Source: an uncultured Pseudomonadota bacterium (lineage in GTDB: Bacteria; Myxococcota_A; Polyangia; Fen-1088). From it: a stretch of DNA of 64,000 nt. Shown piece by piece: positions 13,271 through 23,319 of the stretch; within the stretch, counting starts at the first letter, position 1, and the number at the start of each line of letters is the position of its first letter. Below the pieces are notes generated by a model. It saw only the letters and a list, made by a program, of their open reading frames with translations, was not told where the DNA came from and did not search any database. A program made the position numbers and the translations under genes. The stretch lies in contig CAWKBC010000027.1 of the NCBI GenBank assembly GCA_963847705.1, positions 640,001 to 704,000 on the forward strand. The letters run 5' to 3'.

Positions 13271-14614
13271 GTGCGCGCGGGTTGGCGCTGGCTGCTCGCG
13301 TTCGCTGGCCTTTTGGCGGGCTGTCACCGGTCGGCGATGCCGCCACGCCCGGATGGCGCCGCGGTCGTCGTCGCGCCCGACACCCAGGACGACGGGATCG
13401 CCACGCTCCCCGAGATCGAGCCCAACAACACCCTGCCGACCGCCCAGCTGTTGGCGGTGACGGCGACGGCGCCCGCCGCGGTGGCCGGCGCGCTCGGGAC
13501 CCAACCACCCGCCGGAAAGCGCGACGTCGATCTCTATCGCGTCGACGTCCCCGGCCCGGATGGAGGTGTGGCGCCCGCCGCCGGAGATGCCGGTGCGGCC
13601 AGCTCCCCGCCCCACCTTTTGCTGCGCGCCGATCTGCACCCGGCGCCGCCGGGCCTGGCGGTCACGCTGGAGGTGCTCGATGCGACGGGGCACGTCCTGG
13701 TGGCGGCGAACGGGCAGCCGGGCGAGGCGATCGCCGTTCCCAACCTCGCTGCCCGGGGCGGCAGTTTCTACCTGCGCGTGCGCGCGGCCGGACCCGAAGT
13801 CCCGGGCGGCGGATATCGGCTGGTCGTGCACCTCGTCCCCTTCGACGCGGGGGCCGAGATCGAGCCGAACGGCGACGCCGCGCACGCGACCGAGCTGGCG
13901 CCGGGCGGCGAGGCCGTCGGCTACCTCGGCTGGCGCCACGATCAGGACTGGTACCGCCTGCCGACGGCGGGGCTCGCCGAGGGGAGTGTGCTCTCGGTCG
14001 ATCTCGATCCGCTCCCCGAGGTCTCGATCACGTTGCAGCTCTACGGCGCCGACGCCCACAAGCTGACGGAGGCCCGGGGGAGAAAGGGGGAGCGGGTGGT
14101 CCTGCGCAACGTCCGCATCGCCCCGACCGATCCGTTCGTCTTCGTGGTGGTGCGCGCCGACGTCGGCTTCAGCGCGGAGGCGCGCTACAACCTGCGCCCA
14201 CGCACCGACCTCCCCAAGGCCGGCACGGAGGCGGAGCCCAACGACGATCAGGCGCACGCCCAGACGATCGGCGACGGAACGGTGGTCGGGTACCTCGCGC
14301 GCGGCGACGTCGACTACTTTCGCTACAGCACCGACGGGATGGCGCTGCTCGATCTGGAGGTCGCCCCGCCCGAGCGTGGCGGCGTCGAGGTCGAGGTCAC
14401 CCGCGAGGACAACACCCTCCTCGCCCGGGCAGCCAGTGCCCGGCGCGCTCCGGCGCGGATCACCGGCCAGCCGATTCCAGGGGGCCCGGTTCTGATCCGC
14501 GTCGTTCCGCGCCACGGCCCGATCGACTCGGACGATCCGTATCGCCTCACCGTGACGTCGCGCCCCGCGCCGGCGCCGGGCGAGCCGCCGCCGCAACCTG
14601 GAACGGCGGAATGA
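13271..14614 (+). CDS. Lipoprotein with three PPC-like beta-sandwich repeats
   Basis: Lipobox LLAGC; three E.EPN...D.D.[YF] repeats (EIEPNN/DVDLY, EIEPNG/DQDWY, EAEPND/DVDYF). Confidence 0.75.
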   Translation: MRAGWRWLLAFAGLLAGCHRSAMPPRPDGAAVVVAPDTQDDGIATLPEIEPNNTLPTAQLLAVTATAPAAVAGALGTQPPAGKRDVDLYRVDVPGPDGGVAPAAGDAGAASSPPHLLLRADLHPAPPGLAVTLEVLDATGHVLVAANGQPGEAIAVPNLAARGGSFYLRVRAAGPEVPGGGYRLVVHLVPFDAGAEIEPNGDAAHATELAPGGEAVGYLGWRHDQDWYRLPTAGLAEGSVLSVDLDPLPEVSITLQLYGADAHKLTEARGRKGERVVLRNVRIAPTDPFVFVVVRADVGFSAEARYNLRPRTDLPKAGTEAEPNDDQAHAQTIGDGTVVGYLARGDVDYFRYSTDGMALLDLEVAPPERGGVEVEVTREDNTLLARAASARRAPARITGQPIPGGPVLIRVVPRHGPIDSDDPYRLTVTSRPAPAPGEPPPQPGTAE

Positions 14615-14618
14615 GGGA

Positions 14619-15284
14619 ATGATGCGGCCCGCGGCTCTCGGCCTGGTCCTCGCGCTCGGCCTGACCGCCTGCGCGCATCATCCAGAAGAGCCGGCCGCGA
14701 CCATGGCGTCGTTTGGCGCGGCGCTGGCCCGCGGTGATCTGCGGGCCGCCTACCAGCTGACCTCAGCGGCGTTCCAACGTCGGATGCCCTACGACGCCTT
14801 CGCAGCAGCCCTGACCGCCGCCGGGGGCGAGGCGGCCGCGCTCGGCCAGCGCCTGGTCGCCGAAGCCGGCGCCGTTCCGCCTCGGGTCGTGGTCACGCTC
14901 GAGCTCGGCGAAGAGGTGCCGCTCGTCCTCGAAGGGGGCCGCTGGCGGATCGACGGCCCCGTGTACGAGGCCTGGGGCCAGGCGACGCCACGCGCGGCCG
15001 TCCAGACCTTCGTTCGAGCGCTCGACGCTCACCGTTACGACATCGTGCTGCGGCTCGTTCCCGATCGGTATCGCGCCGGGCTGTCGGCCGAGCGGTTGCG
15101 TGCGTTCTGGGAAGGGGACCACCGGGAGGAGCATCAGGCGCTGCTCTCCCGGATCCGGGCCACTGCCCGCGGGCCCCTCACGGAAACCGGTGACGAGGCT
15201 CGGCTTGACGTGGCGCCGGACCGCGTCGTGCGGCTGGTCCGCGAGGCCGGACAATGGAAGATCGAGGATCCTGACGAATACTGA
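14619..15284 (+). CDS. Lipoprotein with two tandem NTF2-like halves
   Basis: Lipobox LTAC; halves end LVLEGGRWRID and LVREAGQWKIE. Confidence 0.7.
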   Translation: MMRPAALGLVLALGLTACAHHPEEPAATMASFGAALARGDLRAAYQLTSAAFQRRMPYDAFAAALTAAGGEAAALGQRLVAEAGAVPPRVVVTLELGEEVPLVLEGGRWRIDGPVYEAWGQATPRAAVQTFVRALDAHRYDIVLRLVPDRYRAGLSAERLRAFWEGDHREEHQALLSRIRATARGPLTETGDEARLDVAPDRVVRLVREAGQWKIEDPDEY

Positions 15285-15398
15285 CCCGTAACCTTCGAGG
15301 ACTGCGGGGTTTTTTGGCGCCTCACGTTTGGATCCAGAATTGCCGAACTTGACTAACAGAAAGAGATATTGCAGGCATTTAGCTAGAGGTTCTCGTCA

Positions 15399-15584
15399 GT
15401 GCTCGAACCTTGGATCATCGAACAGATCCGTCGCCGCGAGGAAGAGGAGAGGCGGCGCCATGAGCGTCCGCGACTCGAGATTCCCCTGCGCGACGAGCGC
15501 CGCCGTCCAGATTCGGCGGAGGACGAAGAACCAGAAGAAGATCGAGACGCACCTCAGCGTGGCGTCGTGATCATCGACATGTAA
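15399..15584 (+). CDS. Small charged hypothetical protein (61 aa)
   Basis: GTG start with gagg SD; MLEPWIIEQIRRREEE...RPRLEIP...RGVVIIDM resembles a small-protein type seen in myxobacteria. Confidence 0.65.
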   Translation: MLEPWIIEQIRRREEEERRRHERPRLEIPLRDERRRPDSAEDEEPEEDRDAPQRGVVIIDM

Positions 15585-15693
15585 GGTCGCCGAGCGGAGC
15601 AGCTCCGCCGCGGAGGCGTCGTACCTGGAAGTCCGCGGCCGCGCCAGGATCCACGTACTGGACGGCGATCGCGGTCGGGGCTAGACAGGAACG

Positions 15694-18261
15694 ATGGAGT
15701 CGGAGAGGGCGGGGTTCGTGGGGCGGCGGGCCGAGCTCTCGCTGCTGGATGAGGCGCTCGGACGGGCGGTCCGCTTCAACGCGCCCCAGACGGTGACCAT
15801 CATCGGCGCGGATGGGCTCGGCAAGAGCCGCCTGCTCGACGAATGGCTGGCCGGAAACCAGGGCCAGGATCTGCGAATCGTACGCGCGGCGGTCGGGCCG
15901 GCCGTGGGGGCCTCGGCCCCCCGGGGCGCCCTGATCGCGCACCTCTTGCGCGTCCGTTTCGGCCTGGCCGAGCTGGGCCCCGACCAGGCGCTGCTTCAGT
16001 TTCGCGCACAGTTGCAGGAGGTGTTCGGCGACCGGCGCATCTCCGAGCTGTCGACGCTGCTCGGGCGGTTCCTGGGGTTCGACGTTCCGGAGAGCCCCCT
16101 CAGCAGCGCGCTGGCGGGACGGCCCGAACAGGGGGCGGAGCTGGCGCGCGCCGTCCTGGGACGATTCCTCGAGCAGGACGCCGCCCTCCGTCCGCTGGTC
16201 ATCATCGGCGAGAACCTGCAGGACGCCGACGATGATTCGCTGACCGAGCTCGAGAGCCTGGCGGTCGATCTGACCAACGCGCCGATCCTGATCGTGGTGA
16301 CGGCGCGGCCGGAGCTGCTGGTGCGCCGCCCGGGTTGGGGGCGCGGCGGGGGCAACCACACCCGGCTCGACCTGCAACCGCTCACCCGGATGGAGATCGA
16401 TCTGCTGGTTGGAGCGTCGCTCGGCGGGACGGGCGCGGCGCCTGGCGGCCTCGGCGAGCAGGTGGCGAATGCGTCGGGTGGGAACCCGATCCTGGCCCGG
16501 CAGCTGCTGCGGACCTATCGGGAGCACGGGATCCTGGTCGCCGGGGGCGAAGGCTGGCGCTTCGACCAGGAGCGGGCCGCGCGCCAGCATCCGACGGCGA
16601 CGCGCGAAGAGGTCGCCCACGCGCGGATCACGGTGCTGACGCCGGCCGAGCGCGACGTCCTGGCGCGCGCTGCCATCTTCGGCGATCAGTTCTGGACCGG
16701 CGGGGTGGTCGCGCTGGGGCGCCTGGGGGCCTCGCCTCCCGACGAGGCGGCGGTGTTCGCCCCCGATCCGACCATCACCGAGATTCAGCAGATGTTGGAG
16801 AGCCTGCGGGAGCGCGGGTTCGTCGAGAGGAACGACACCTCCGCGATCCCCGAAGAGATCGCCTGGACGTTCTGCCAGACGCTGGAGCGGTACCTGCTCG
16901 AGACCGACGCCGCCTCCGAGCTCGGCCGCCGGCGCAAGGCGTTCGCGGCGCAGTGGCTGGAGAGCCGGGGGGGCGATGCGCGCGAGGAGCGGCTGGAGTC
17001 GCTGGCCCGGCTCTACGAAGAGGCGGGCGACGGGCGGCGGGCGGCGTACTGCTATCTCACCGCGGCGGGGCTGGCCCGCGACCACCTGCTGCTCGATCGG
17101 GCGCACGCGCTCTACCTGGCGGGGATCCGGCACCTCGACCTCGACGATGCCGTGGCGAAGATGGACGCGCTCTACGCCGCGGGCGACGTGGCGGCGCGGC
17201 TCGGCCGGACGCGGGAGTCGGTGGGTCTTTTCCAGGAGATGCTGCGGCTCGCCTGGAGGCTCGACCTTCCCGCCAAAGGGGGCGCGGCGCATGGACGGAT
17301 CGGGCGGCTCCTGAGCACGCTCGGGGAGAACACCCGCGCGCTCTCGCACCTGGAGCTCGCGCAGAAGCTGTTCGAGGTGGCGGGGGACTGGCCCGGGGTG
17401 GCGGCGGCCCTCGACGACGTGGGGCGCATCTACTTCCTGATGGGCGAGCCCGAGCGCTCGCTGGAGCGGCATCGCTCGGCGCTGGCGGTGCGCGAGCAGC
17501 TGGGCGATGAGCGCGGGCGCTCGCTGACGCTGTCGCGTCTCGGTCAGGTGCTGCGCGCCACCGGCGCGCTGGCCGCGGCCGGCGAGCACTTTCGGGCGGC
17601 GCTCGATCTGCGGCGCCGGATCTCGAACCTCCCGGGCGTGATCGCCTCGCTGCTCGATCTCGGCGCGCTGGAGCGCGATCTCGGCCGCCGGCCGGAGGCG
17701 CTGTCGCTCTTGGGTGAAGGGCGGGAGCTGGCGCGGGCGAGCGGCGAGAGGCTGCAGGAGTGCAGCCTCTCGGTCGAGATCGGGGACTGCCACCTCGGCG
17801 ACGGCCAGCCGCACGCGGCGCTGGGCGAGTTCCAGGCGGCGCGGGAGATCGCCCGGCAGTTCGGGGCGCGGGCCCTGCTGTCGGAGGCGACGCGGGGGAT
17901 CGCCGAGGCGGAGCTGGCGCTGGGCGAGGCGGCCCGCGCGCGCGACGACGCCCGGTCGGCCTTCGAGATCGCCGAGCGGGCAGGGGCCCCGCCGCTGGCG
18001 GGCGCGGCCTTGCGGGTGGCGGCTTCGGCGGTCGGCGCCGGAGCACCCGGAGAATCCGACCTGGGCGGCGCGCGCGAGATGTTCGACCGGGCGGTGGAGG
18101 TGCTGACCGGGGCCGGCGCCGAGCTGGAGCTGGCGCGGACGCTGGACGCCTACGCCGCCTTCGAGGATCGCTCGGGCCGCGACGAGACGGCGGCCGAGCT
18201 GCGCCGACAGGCGGGGCTCATCCGCCGCCGCGAGCCGCCGGCCGTGCCCCGCGCCTCGTGA
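15694..18261 (+). CDS. AAA ATPase (STAND-like) with C-terminal TPR repeats
   Basis: FVGRRAEL, Walker A GADGLGKS, TARPEL, SGGNP, followed by about 8 helical repeats. Confidence 0.85.
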   Translation: MESERAGFVGRRAELSLLDEALGRAVRFNAPQTVTIIGADGLGKSRLLDEWLAGNQGQDLRIVRAAVGPAVGASAPRGALIAHLLRVRFGLAELGPDQALLQFRAQLQEVFGDRRISELSTLLGRFLGFDVPESPLSSALAGRPEQGAELARAVLGRFLEQDAALRPLVIIGENLQDADDDSLTELESLAVDLTNAPILIVVTARPELLVRRPGWGRGGGNHTRLDLQPLTRMEIDLLVGASLGGTGAAPGGLGEQVANASGGNPILARQLLRTYREHGILVAGGEGWRFDQERAARQHPTATREEVAHARITVLTPAERDVLARAAIFGDQFWTGGVVALGRLGASPPDEAAVFAPDPTITEIQQMLESLRERGFVERNDTSAIPEEIAWTFCQTLERYLLETDAASELGRRRKAFAAQWLESRGGDAREERLESLARLYEEAGDGRRAAYCYLTAAGLARDHLLLDRAHALYLAGIRHLDLDDAVAKMDALYAAGDVAARLGRTRESVGLFQEMLRLAWRLDLPAKGGAAHGRIGRLLSTLGENTRALSHLELAQKLFEVAGDWPGVAAALDDVGRIYFLMGEPERSLERHRSALAVREQLGDERGRSLTLSRLGQVLRATGALAAAGEHFRAALDLRRRISNLPGVIASLLDLGALERDLGRRPEALSLLGEGRELARASGERLQECSLSVEIGDCHLGDGQPHAALGEFQAAREIARQFGARALLSEATRGIAEAELALGEAARARDDARSAFEIAERAGAPPLAGAALRVAASAVGAGAPGESDLGGAREMFDRAVEVLTGAGAELELARTLDAYAAFEDRSGRDETAAELRRQAGLIRRREPPAVPRAS

Positions 18262-18277
18262 TTGGCGGACGCGAGGT

Positions 18278-19705
18278 CTACTTTTTGGCGGCCGCCATCC
18301 CGGCGCGTTTGCCCGCCGGCTTGGCCGGGGCGGCCGCGGTGGTCGCCCCGGCGGCCTTCTTGAGGTCGTCGGGTTTGACCAGGATCCGGTCGATCGCCCA
18401 CTTGGGCGCCAGATAGACGTCCGGGCTCTTGGCTGTGGCGACGAAGTAGCTCACCTTGTCGCTCGTCTCGTCGCCCACGCGGACCAGGCAGGCCGGAGCG
18501 CTCGACTTCGTCCCCTTGCTCTTGGCGTTGATGATCGCCTTCGGCTTGGCGAGGCCGTTGCTCTTGAGTGACTGATCGTCGGCGAATCCGCTGGCCTTCC
18601 AGTCCTTGAAGGCGCTGGCGATGGGCGTCACCTTCGTCGCGTCGAGCTCGAGCTTGGGTGGCTTGGTCGCCTTCCAGTCGTTGCCGTTCTTGACCAGCGT
18701 GTACGACTTGTCGCCGGCGGCGACGGAGATCTCGGTGAGGTCGGCGCCGGCCACGTCACAGAGCGTCTTGTCGCGGAATTCCATGGGCCGCTTGGCGATC
18801 CGCTCGAGGTTGAACTTCTTGACCAGGAAGATCTGGGGGGCGTCCGCCTTCTTGACGAAGGTGTCGTCACCCTTCTTGTTGCCGATGAGCGCGGTGACGG
18901 TCTTGCCGCCCTTGAGCCCGACGGTGAGGGTCAGCGCCGGCGCGTCGAGGCCCGCCGCGGCCGGGGTCGCGCCGTCGGCGAAGTCGTTGGCCTTCCAGTT
19001 GGCCAGCGCCGAGACGATTCCGTTCGGCACGCCGTTGTCGAGCTTCTCGATCTTCACCGAGCTCGAGACGACGTCCCACTTGTCCTCGCTCCCCTCCTTG
19101 GTGCCGGTCTTCTTGAGCGAGATCTTCGCGCCATCCTTGTCGGCGACGTCCAGCTTCTCCACCTCGGTCGACGGGAAGGTGGTGATGCTCTTGTCGCGCC
19201 AGTCGGTGGGGCCCTTGTCGAAGGCGAACTTGGTGATGCCGCTGGCCTGCCAGACGTCGTTGGTGCCGGCGGGGCGGACCATGGTCCCCGCGCCGACCGC
19301 CTTGCCGACGATCAGGTCGGCCAGGACCTTGCCATCGTGCTTGGCGACCAGGCGAACGCCCGACTTGTCGTCGACCTCGAACTCGGCCTGTTTGGCGTCC
19401 TGCTGGGTCACGAGGTCGGTGACGTCCATCTTGCCGAGCGCCTCGAAGGCGTTCTTGGCGGTCGCCTGGTCGGCAGGGTAGGAGACCGGCGCGATCACCT
19501 TGTAGATCCCCCCCTCGTTCTTGATCGTCGTGGTGACGCCCCCCCTGGTCACGTCGAGCGTGGTGATCTCGACGGGGTTCAGGGTGGGCAGGGGGCGGGG
19601 GTGATCGCTGGCCCTCTCCCCCTTCTCGGGTTGACGGAGCGTGACGAACGCGATGATGGCCAGGACCACGAAGGCCCCGAGGGCGGTGACTGTTTTTCTG
19701 TTCAT
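18278..19705 (-). CDS. DUF4340-like periplasmic protein
   Basis: N-terminal anchor; internal repeats with WRDK/FRDK and GL..P motifs; last gene of the Gld-like ABC operon. Confidence 0.75.
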   Translation of the reverse strand: MNRKTVTALGAFVVLAIIAFVTLRQPEKGERASDHPRPLPTLNPVEITTLDVTRGGVTTTIKNEGGIYKVIAPVSYPADQATAKNAFEALGKMDVTDLVTQQDAKQAEFEVDDKSGVRLVAKHDGKVLADLIVGKAVGAGTMVRPAGTNDVWQASGITKFAFDKGPTDWRDKSITTFPSTEVEKLDVADKDGAKISLKKTGTKEGSEDKWDVVSSSVKIEKLDNGVPNGIVSALANWKANDFADGATPAAAGLDAPALTLTVGLKGGKTVTALIGNKKGDDTFVKKADAPQIFLVKKFNLERIAKRPMEFRDKTLCDVAGADLTEISVAAGDKSYTLVKNGNDWKATKPPKLELDATKVTPIASAFKDWKASGFADDQSLKSNGLAKPKAIINAKSKGTKSSAPACLVRVGDETSDKVSYFVATAKSPDVYLAPKWAIDRILVKPDDLKKAAGATTAAAPAKPAGKRAGMAAAKK

Positions 19706-21402
19706 AGCTTCTGTCCTCTCCGGCGCGTCCGCCGAACGACCATCCGGCCAATACCGAAGGCGATGAAGAGGATGGCGACACCAAAGACGTTGCCGACCTT
19801 CACCGCCAGCACCGCTCCATCCGAGCCGACGTTGATCGGCCGGGCCGCGACGGTCTTGCTGCGGACCGGCGTCAGCGCCTCGTCCTCCATCGTCCAGCTG
19901 ATGGCGTTGAAGAGCATCTGCGCGCCGCCTTGATAAAAGGGCAGGTAGCGGGCCACCTGCAGATACTCGTCAGAGGCGAAGTCGGAGTCGCCGACGACCA
20001 TCAACCGCACCGGCTTGCGCGACTCGGCCGCCGGCATGTTGTCCGGCACCGACATCCCCGGCACGGCGCCCGGCGGCGGGTAGGCGCTCTTCAAGATCCC
20101 CTGGTAGGCGTAGGCCAGCCCGAAGACGCCGTGGTCCTTGGGATCCTTCGCCTCTTCCATCGTCTCGGCCATCGGCGAGAAGAAGAAGAAGCCGGTCTGC
20201 TTCCAGGCCTCGGGCGAGCTGGCCGCCAGCGTCCAGAGCTTGGCGCCCGGCGTCTGCGTCGTGCCGCTCGCCAGCGGGCCGACCAGCTGGACGGAGCTGG
20301 GGAACGGGAAGACGACGGCGTTCACGCCGGCCAGGATCGAGTTGTCCTTGTCGGCCTGGTCGGTCTTGACGCCCACGAACACCGGCAGGTTCTTCAGCAT
20401 CTTTCGCCCGCCGACGTCGATCGGACCGGGGACGTTCTGGCGGTCGAACACGAAGTCCTCGCCGATCTTGAAGCCGTACTTCTCGAGCAGCTCGTTGAGG
20501 CCGGTCTGGTTGACCTGGCCGACCTTGGGCTGGGCGGCCATCTGCGGCATCCCGCCGCGCGGCGCCGAGAGCACCATCCCGTCGACCAGGAAGATCACGC
20601 CGCGCCCCTTCATCAAAAAGCTGTCGATCTCGTGCCGCCCCTTGTCGTCGAAGGCCTGCTTGGGGCCGCCGACCACCAGCGCGTCGACGTCGTCGCCGAT
20701 CGCCGTCGTCGATGGGTTCACGGTGGTCGAGTCGAACTCCTGGTCGACCACGTGCTTGAGGAAGGTGAACCCCTGGGTCAGGTCCTGCTCGCCGTGGCCG
20801 GTGGTGAAGGCGACCTTCCGCTTCTTCTGCGTCATCCGCTTGATGATCGAGGAGATCTCGTACTCGAGGCCCTCGACCTGACCGATCTCCGGGATGGCGT
20901 CGTCCTTCCCCTGGTACTGGAAGCAGAGGCCCAGCCAGTAGGTGCCGACCTCGAACTTCTGCGAGCGCATCACCTGGATCTGCAGCTTCTGCACCTTGCA
21001 GGCGTTGGCCTCGTCTTCGATCTTCTTGTCCGACTCGGGATCGAACGCCTCGAAGTGGAGCTTCCCCTTCGAGTAGGTCTTGTAGTCGTCCATCAGATCG
21101 CGCACGTAGCGGCTGGTGTTGGCCAGCTCGGGCGGCAGATCCTTGGAGATGTAGGCCTTGACGTTCAGGTAGTCGGGCAGGGCACGGACGATGTCTTTCG
21201 AGGCGTTGGAGAGCGTGTAGACCTTGTTCTCCGTCAGATCGAGGCGGCCAAAGACGCGCGTGCCGATCAGGTTGACCGCCACCACCGCGCCGATGATGAG
21301 CACCACGAAGGTGGTGGCGTTCGACGCCGACAGGCGCTTGCGCTGATTCATTCCGGGCTTGGAGCCGCTGTTGTTGTCTGGAGTTGCCATGGCTACTTCC
21401 AC
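19702..21402 (-). CDS. GldG-family ABC transporter auxiliary component
   Basis: RLDLTENKVYTLS, AFTTGHGE, VVGDSDF, N- and C-terminal TM helices; start may be 21390. Confidence 0.88.
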   Translation of the reverse strand: MEVAMATPDNNSGSKPGMNQRKRLSASNATTFVVLIIGAVVAVNLIGTRVFGRLDLTENKVYTLSNASKDIVRALPDYLNVKAYISKDLPPELANTSRYVRDLMDDYKTYSKGKLHFEAFDPESDKKIEDEANACKVQKLQIQVMRSQKFEVGTYWLGLCFQYQGKDDAIPEIGQVEGLEYEISSIIKRMTQKKRKVAFTTGHGEQDLTQGFTFLKHVVDQEFDSTTVNPSTTAIGDDVDALVVGGPKQAFDDKGRHEIDSFLMKGRGVIFLVDGMVLSAPRGGMPQMAAQPKVGQVNQTGLNELLEKYGFKIGEDFVFDRQNVPGPIDVGGRKMLKNLPVFVGVKTDQADKDNSILAGVNAVVFPFPSSVQLVGPLASGTTQTPGAKLWTLAASSPEAWKQTGFFFFSPMAETMEEAKDPKDHGVFGLAYAYQGILKSAYPPPGAVPGMSVPDNMPAAESRKPVRLMVVGDSDFASDEYLQVARYLPFYQGGAQMLFNAISWTMEDEALTPVRSKTVAARPINVGSDGAVLAVKVGNVFGVAILFIAFGIGRMVVRRTRRRGQKL

Positions 21403-22103
21403 CGCCGTGATTCGAGAGAGAGGGTCGCGATGAGCAGGCAGACCGTCATCACCGAGAGGTAGTAGATGACGTCGCGGGAGTCGACCACGCCGCGCCCGAT
21501 GTTCTCGAAGTGGCCGTCGATGCTGAGGAACGCCACCAGCTTCTGCAGCGACTGGGGCAGGAACTGGGTGAGCCGCCCGAGCAGGTAGAGCGCGAAGGAG
21601 ATGGCGAAGGCGACGATGAAGGAGACGATCGAGTTGCGGGTCAGCGCCGAGGCCATCACGCCGATGGAGACGTAGGCGCCGCCCATGAGGACCAGGCCCA
21701 GGTAGCCGCCGATGGCCGGTCCGCGGTCGAGCGGGCCCAGCGACTTCACGGTGATGGCGAAGACCAGCGTCAGGCCGATCGCCGTGCAGAGCAGCGCCAT
21801 CGCCGCCAGGAACTTGCCGACCACGACCTCCCAGTCACGCACCGGCATGGTGATGAGCAGCTCCAGCGTCCCCGACGACTTCTCGTCGGCCAGGAGCCGC
21901 ATGGTGATGGCCGGGATCATGAACATGAACAGGAGCGGCATGATGTTGAAGAAGCCGCGCATGTCGGCCTGCTTCTCCAGGAAGAGCTGGGTGAAGAACA
22001 GGTATCCCGTGATGATGACGAAGACCGGGACGACGATGTACGCCACCGGCGAGTTGAAGTAGGTGCGGATCTCGCGCCGCGAGATCACGAGCGCCGGGGT
22101 CAT
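21393..22103 (-). CDS. ABC-2 permease, GldF-like
   Basis: REIRTYFNSPVAY, PAITMRLLADEKSSGTLELLITMP, GVVDSRDVIYY. Confidence 0.9.
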   Translation of the reverse strand: MTPALVISRREIRTYFNSPVAYIVVPVFVIITGYLFFTQLFLEKQADMRGFFNIMPLLFMFMIPAITMRLLADEKSSGTLELLITMPVRDWEVVVGKFLAAMALLCTAIGLTLVFAITVKSLGPLDRGPAIGGYLGLVLMGGAYVSIGVMASALTRNSIVSFIVAFAISFALYLLGRLTQFLPQSLQKLVAFLSIDGHFENIGRGVVDSRDVIYYLSVMTVCLLIATLSLESRRWK

Positions 22104-23098
22104 GACTTCCCTTTCTGTTGTCCTTGCTCGGTTTCGGCGACGACGTCGCCGGTGGTCAGGTTGCGGAACACGTCTTCCAGGCTGGCCGATTCCCGCAGGA
22201 GCTCGAGCAGCGTCCAGCGGTTGTCGACGGCGGCGAGGAAGATCGGCTTGCGCAGATCCGTGGCGGCCGCCGCGTCGAGCGCGAAGGCGTGCGAGCCCTC
22301 CTCGCCGGCGAGCATCTCGCAGCGGGCCACGCCCGTCAGGCCCGCCAGCCGGTCACGGATCGCCTCCTTGACGACGCCGTTCGATTCGACCACCACCCGG
22401 TAGCGCCCGCCTTTTTCGCGCGCCCGCAGCGAGTCGGGCGTCCCGTCGGCCACCAGCTTGCCGCCGCTGATGATCAGGATCCGGCTGCAGGTCGCCTGGA
22501 CCTCCGGCAGGATGTGGGTGGAGAGGATGACCGTCTTCTCGCGCCCGATCTCCTTGATGAGCGAGCGGATCTCGACGATCTGGTTGGGGTCGAGGCCGCT
22601 GGTCGGCTCGTCGAGGATCAGGATGTCCGGATCGTGCAGCATCGCCTGCGCCAGGCCGACGCGCTGCCGGAATCCCTTCGACAGCTCCCCGACCTCCTTG
22701 CCGGCGACGTCGGCGAGGCCGCAGCGGGTGCCGACCTCCTTGATCCGCCCGGCGCTGCGGGCCGGGTCCATGCCGCGCATGGCGGCTGCGAACTGCAGGA
22801 ACTCGAGCACGGTCATGTCGCGGTAGATCGGCGTGTCTTCGGGCAGGTAGCCGATGCGGCGGCGGACCTCCAGCGACTCGTCGAACACGTCGTGCCCCGC
22901 CACCTTGGCCCGCCCGTCGGTCGGCGACAGGAAGCAGGTGAGCATCTTCATCGTGGTCGATTTCCCGGCGCCGTTCGGCCCCAGGAAGCCGAGCACCTCA
23001 CCCTGGCGGACCGAGAAGCTGACGTGATCGACGGCACGCGTCAGCCCGTAGTCCTTGGTGAGTCCGTCGACCTCGATCATCACGTCTGACATCGGCAC
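22100..23098 (-). CDS. ABC transporter ATP-binding protein, GldA-like
   Basis: GPNGAGKS, LSKGFRQRVG, LDEPTSGLDP, STHILPEV. Confidence 0.93.
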   Translation of the reverse strand: MPMSDVMIEVDGLTKDYGLTRAVDHVSFSVRQGEVLGFLGPNGAGKSTTMKMLTCFLSPTDGRAKVAGHDVFDESLEVRRRIGYLPEDTPIYRDMTVLEFLQFAAAMRGMDPARSAGRIKEVGTRCGLADVAGKEVGELSKGFRQRVGLAQAMLHDPDILILDEPTSGLDPNQIVEIRSLIKEIGREKTVILSTHILPEVQATCSRILIISGGKLVADGTPDSLRAREKGGRYRVVVESNGVVKEAIRDRLAGLTGVARCEMLAGEEGSHAFALDAAAATDLRKPIFLAAVDNRWTLLELLRESASLEDVFRNLTTGDVVAETEQGQQKGKS

Positions 23099-23319
23099 CT
23101 CTTGGTCATCGTCCGTGGTCCATGGGGATGGGGTTGTTCGCGGCCTAACTCGGGCCCGGGCCCCCTTATTCCCGCTCGCGGGCCATCTACGACGGCCTGC
23201 GAGCAGCTGTCAAGCGGCCAGCAGCTCAACCGGCCCAGTCCAACCGGGACTGGCTCGACCTTTTGAAAAACCGGCACGTCCGGATGAGCAACCCCCTCCG
23301 TAGTGTTCCCGGAGGTGAA

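Noticed and set aside
15571-17814. Long antisense ORFs (e.g. 15571-17814, 31408-33021, 35525-37315, 54697-56409)
   Set aside because: Typical shadow ORFs of high-GC genes, with no recognisable motifs
23225-23319. Riboswitch upstream of the CBM/spherulin gene
   Set aside because: Hairpins exist (ccagtcc...ggactgg) but I cannot match any known aptamer consensus
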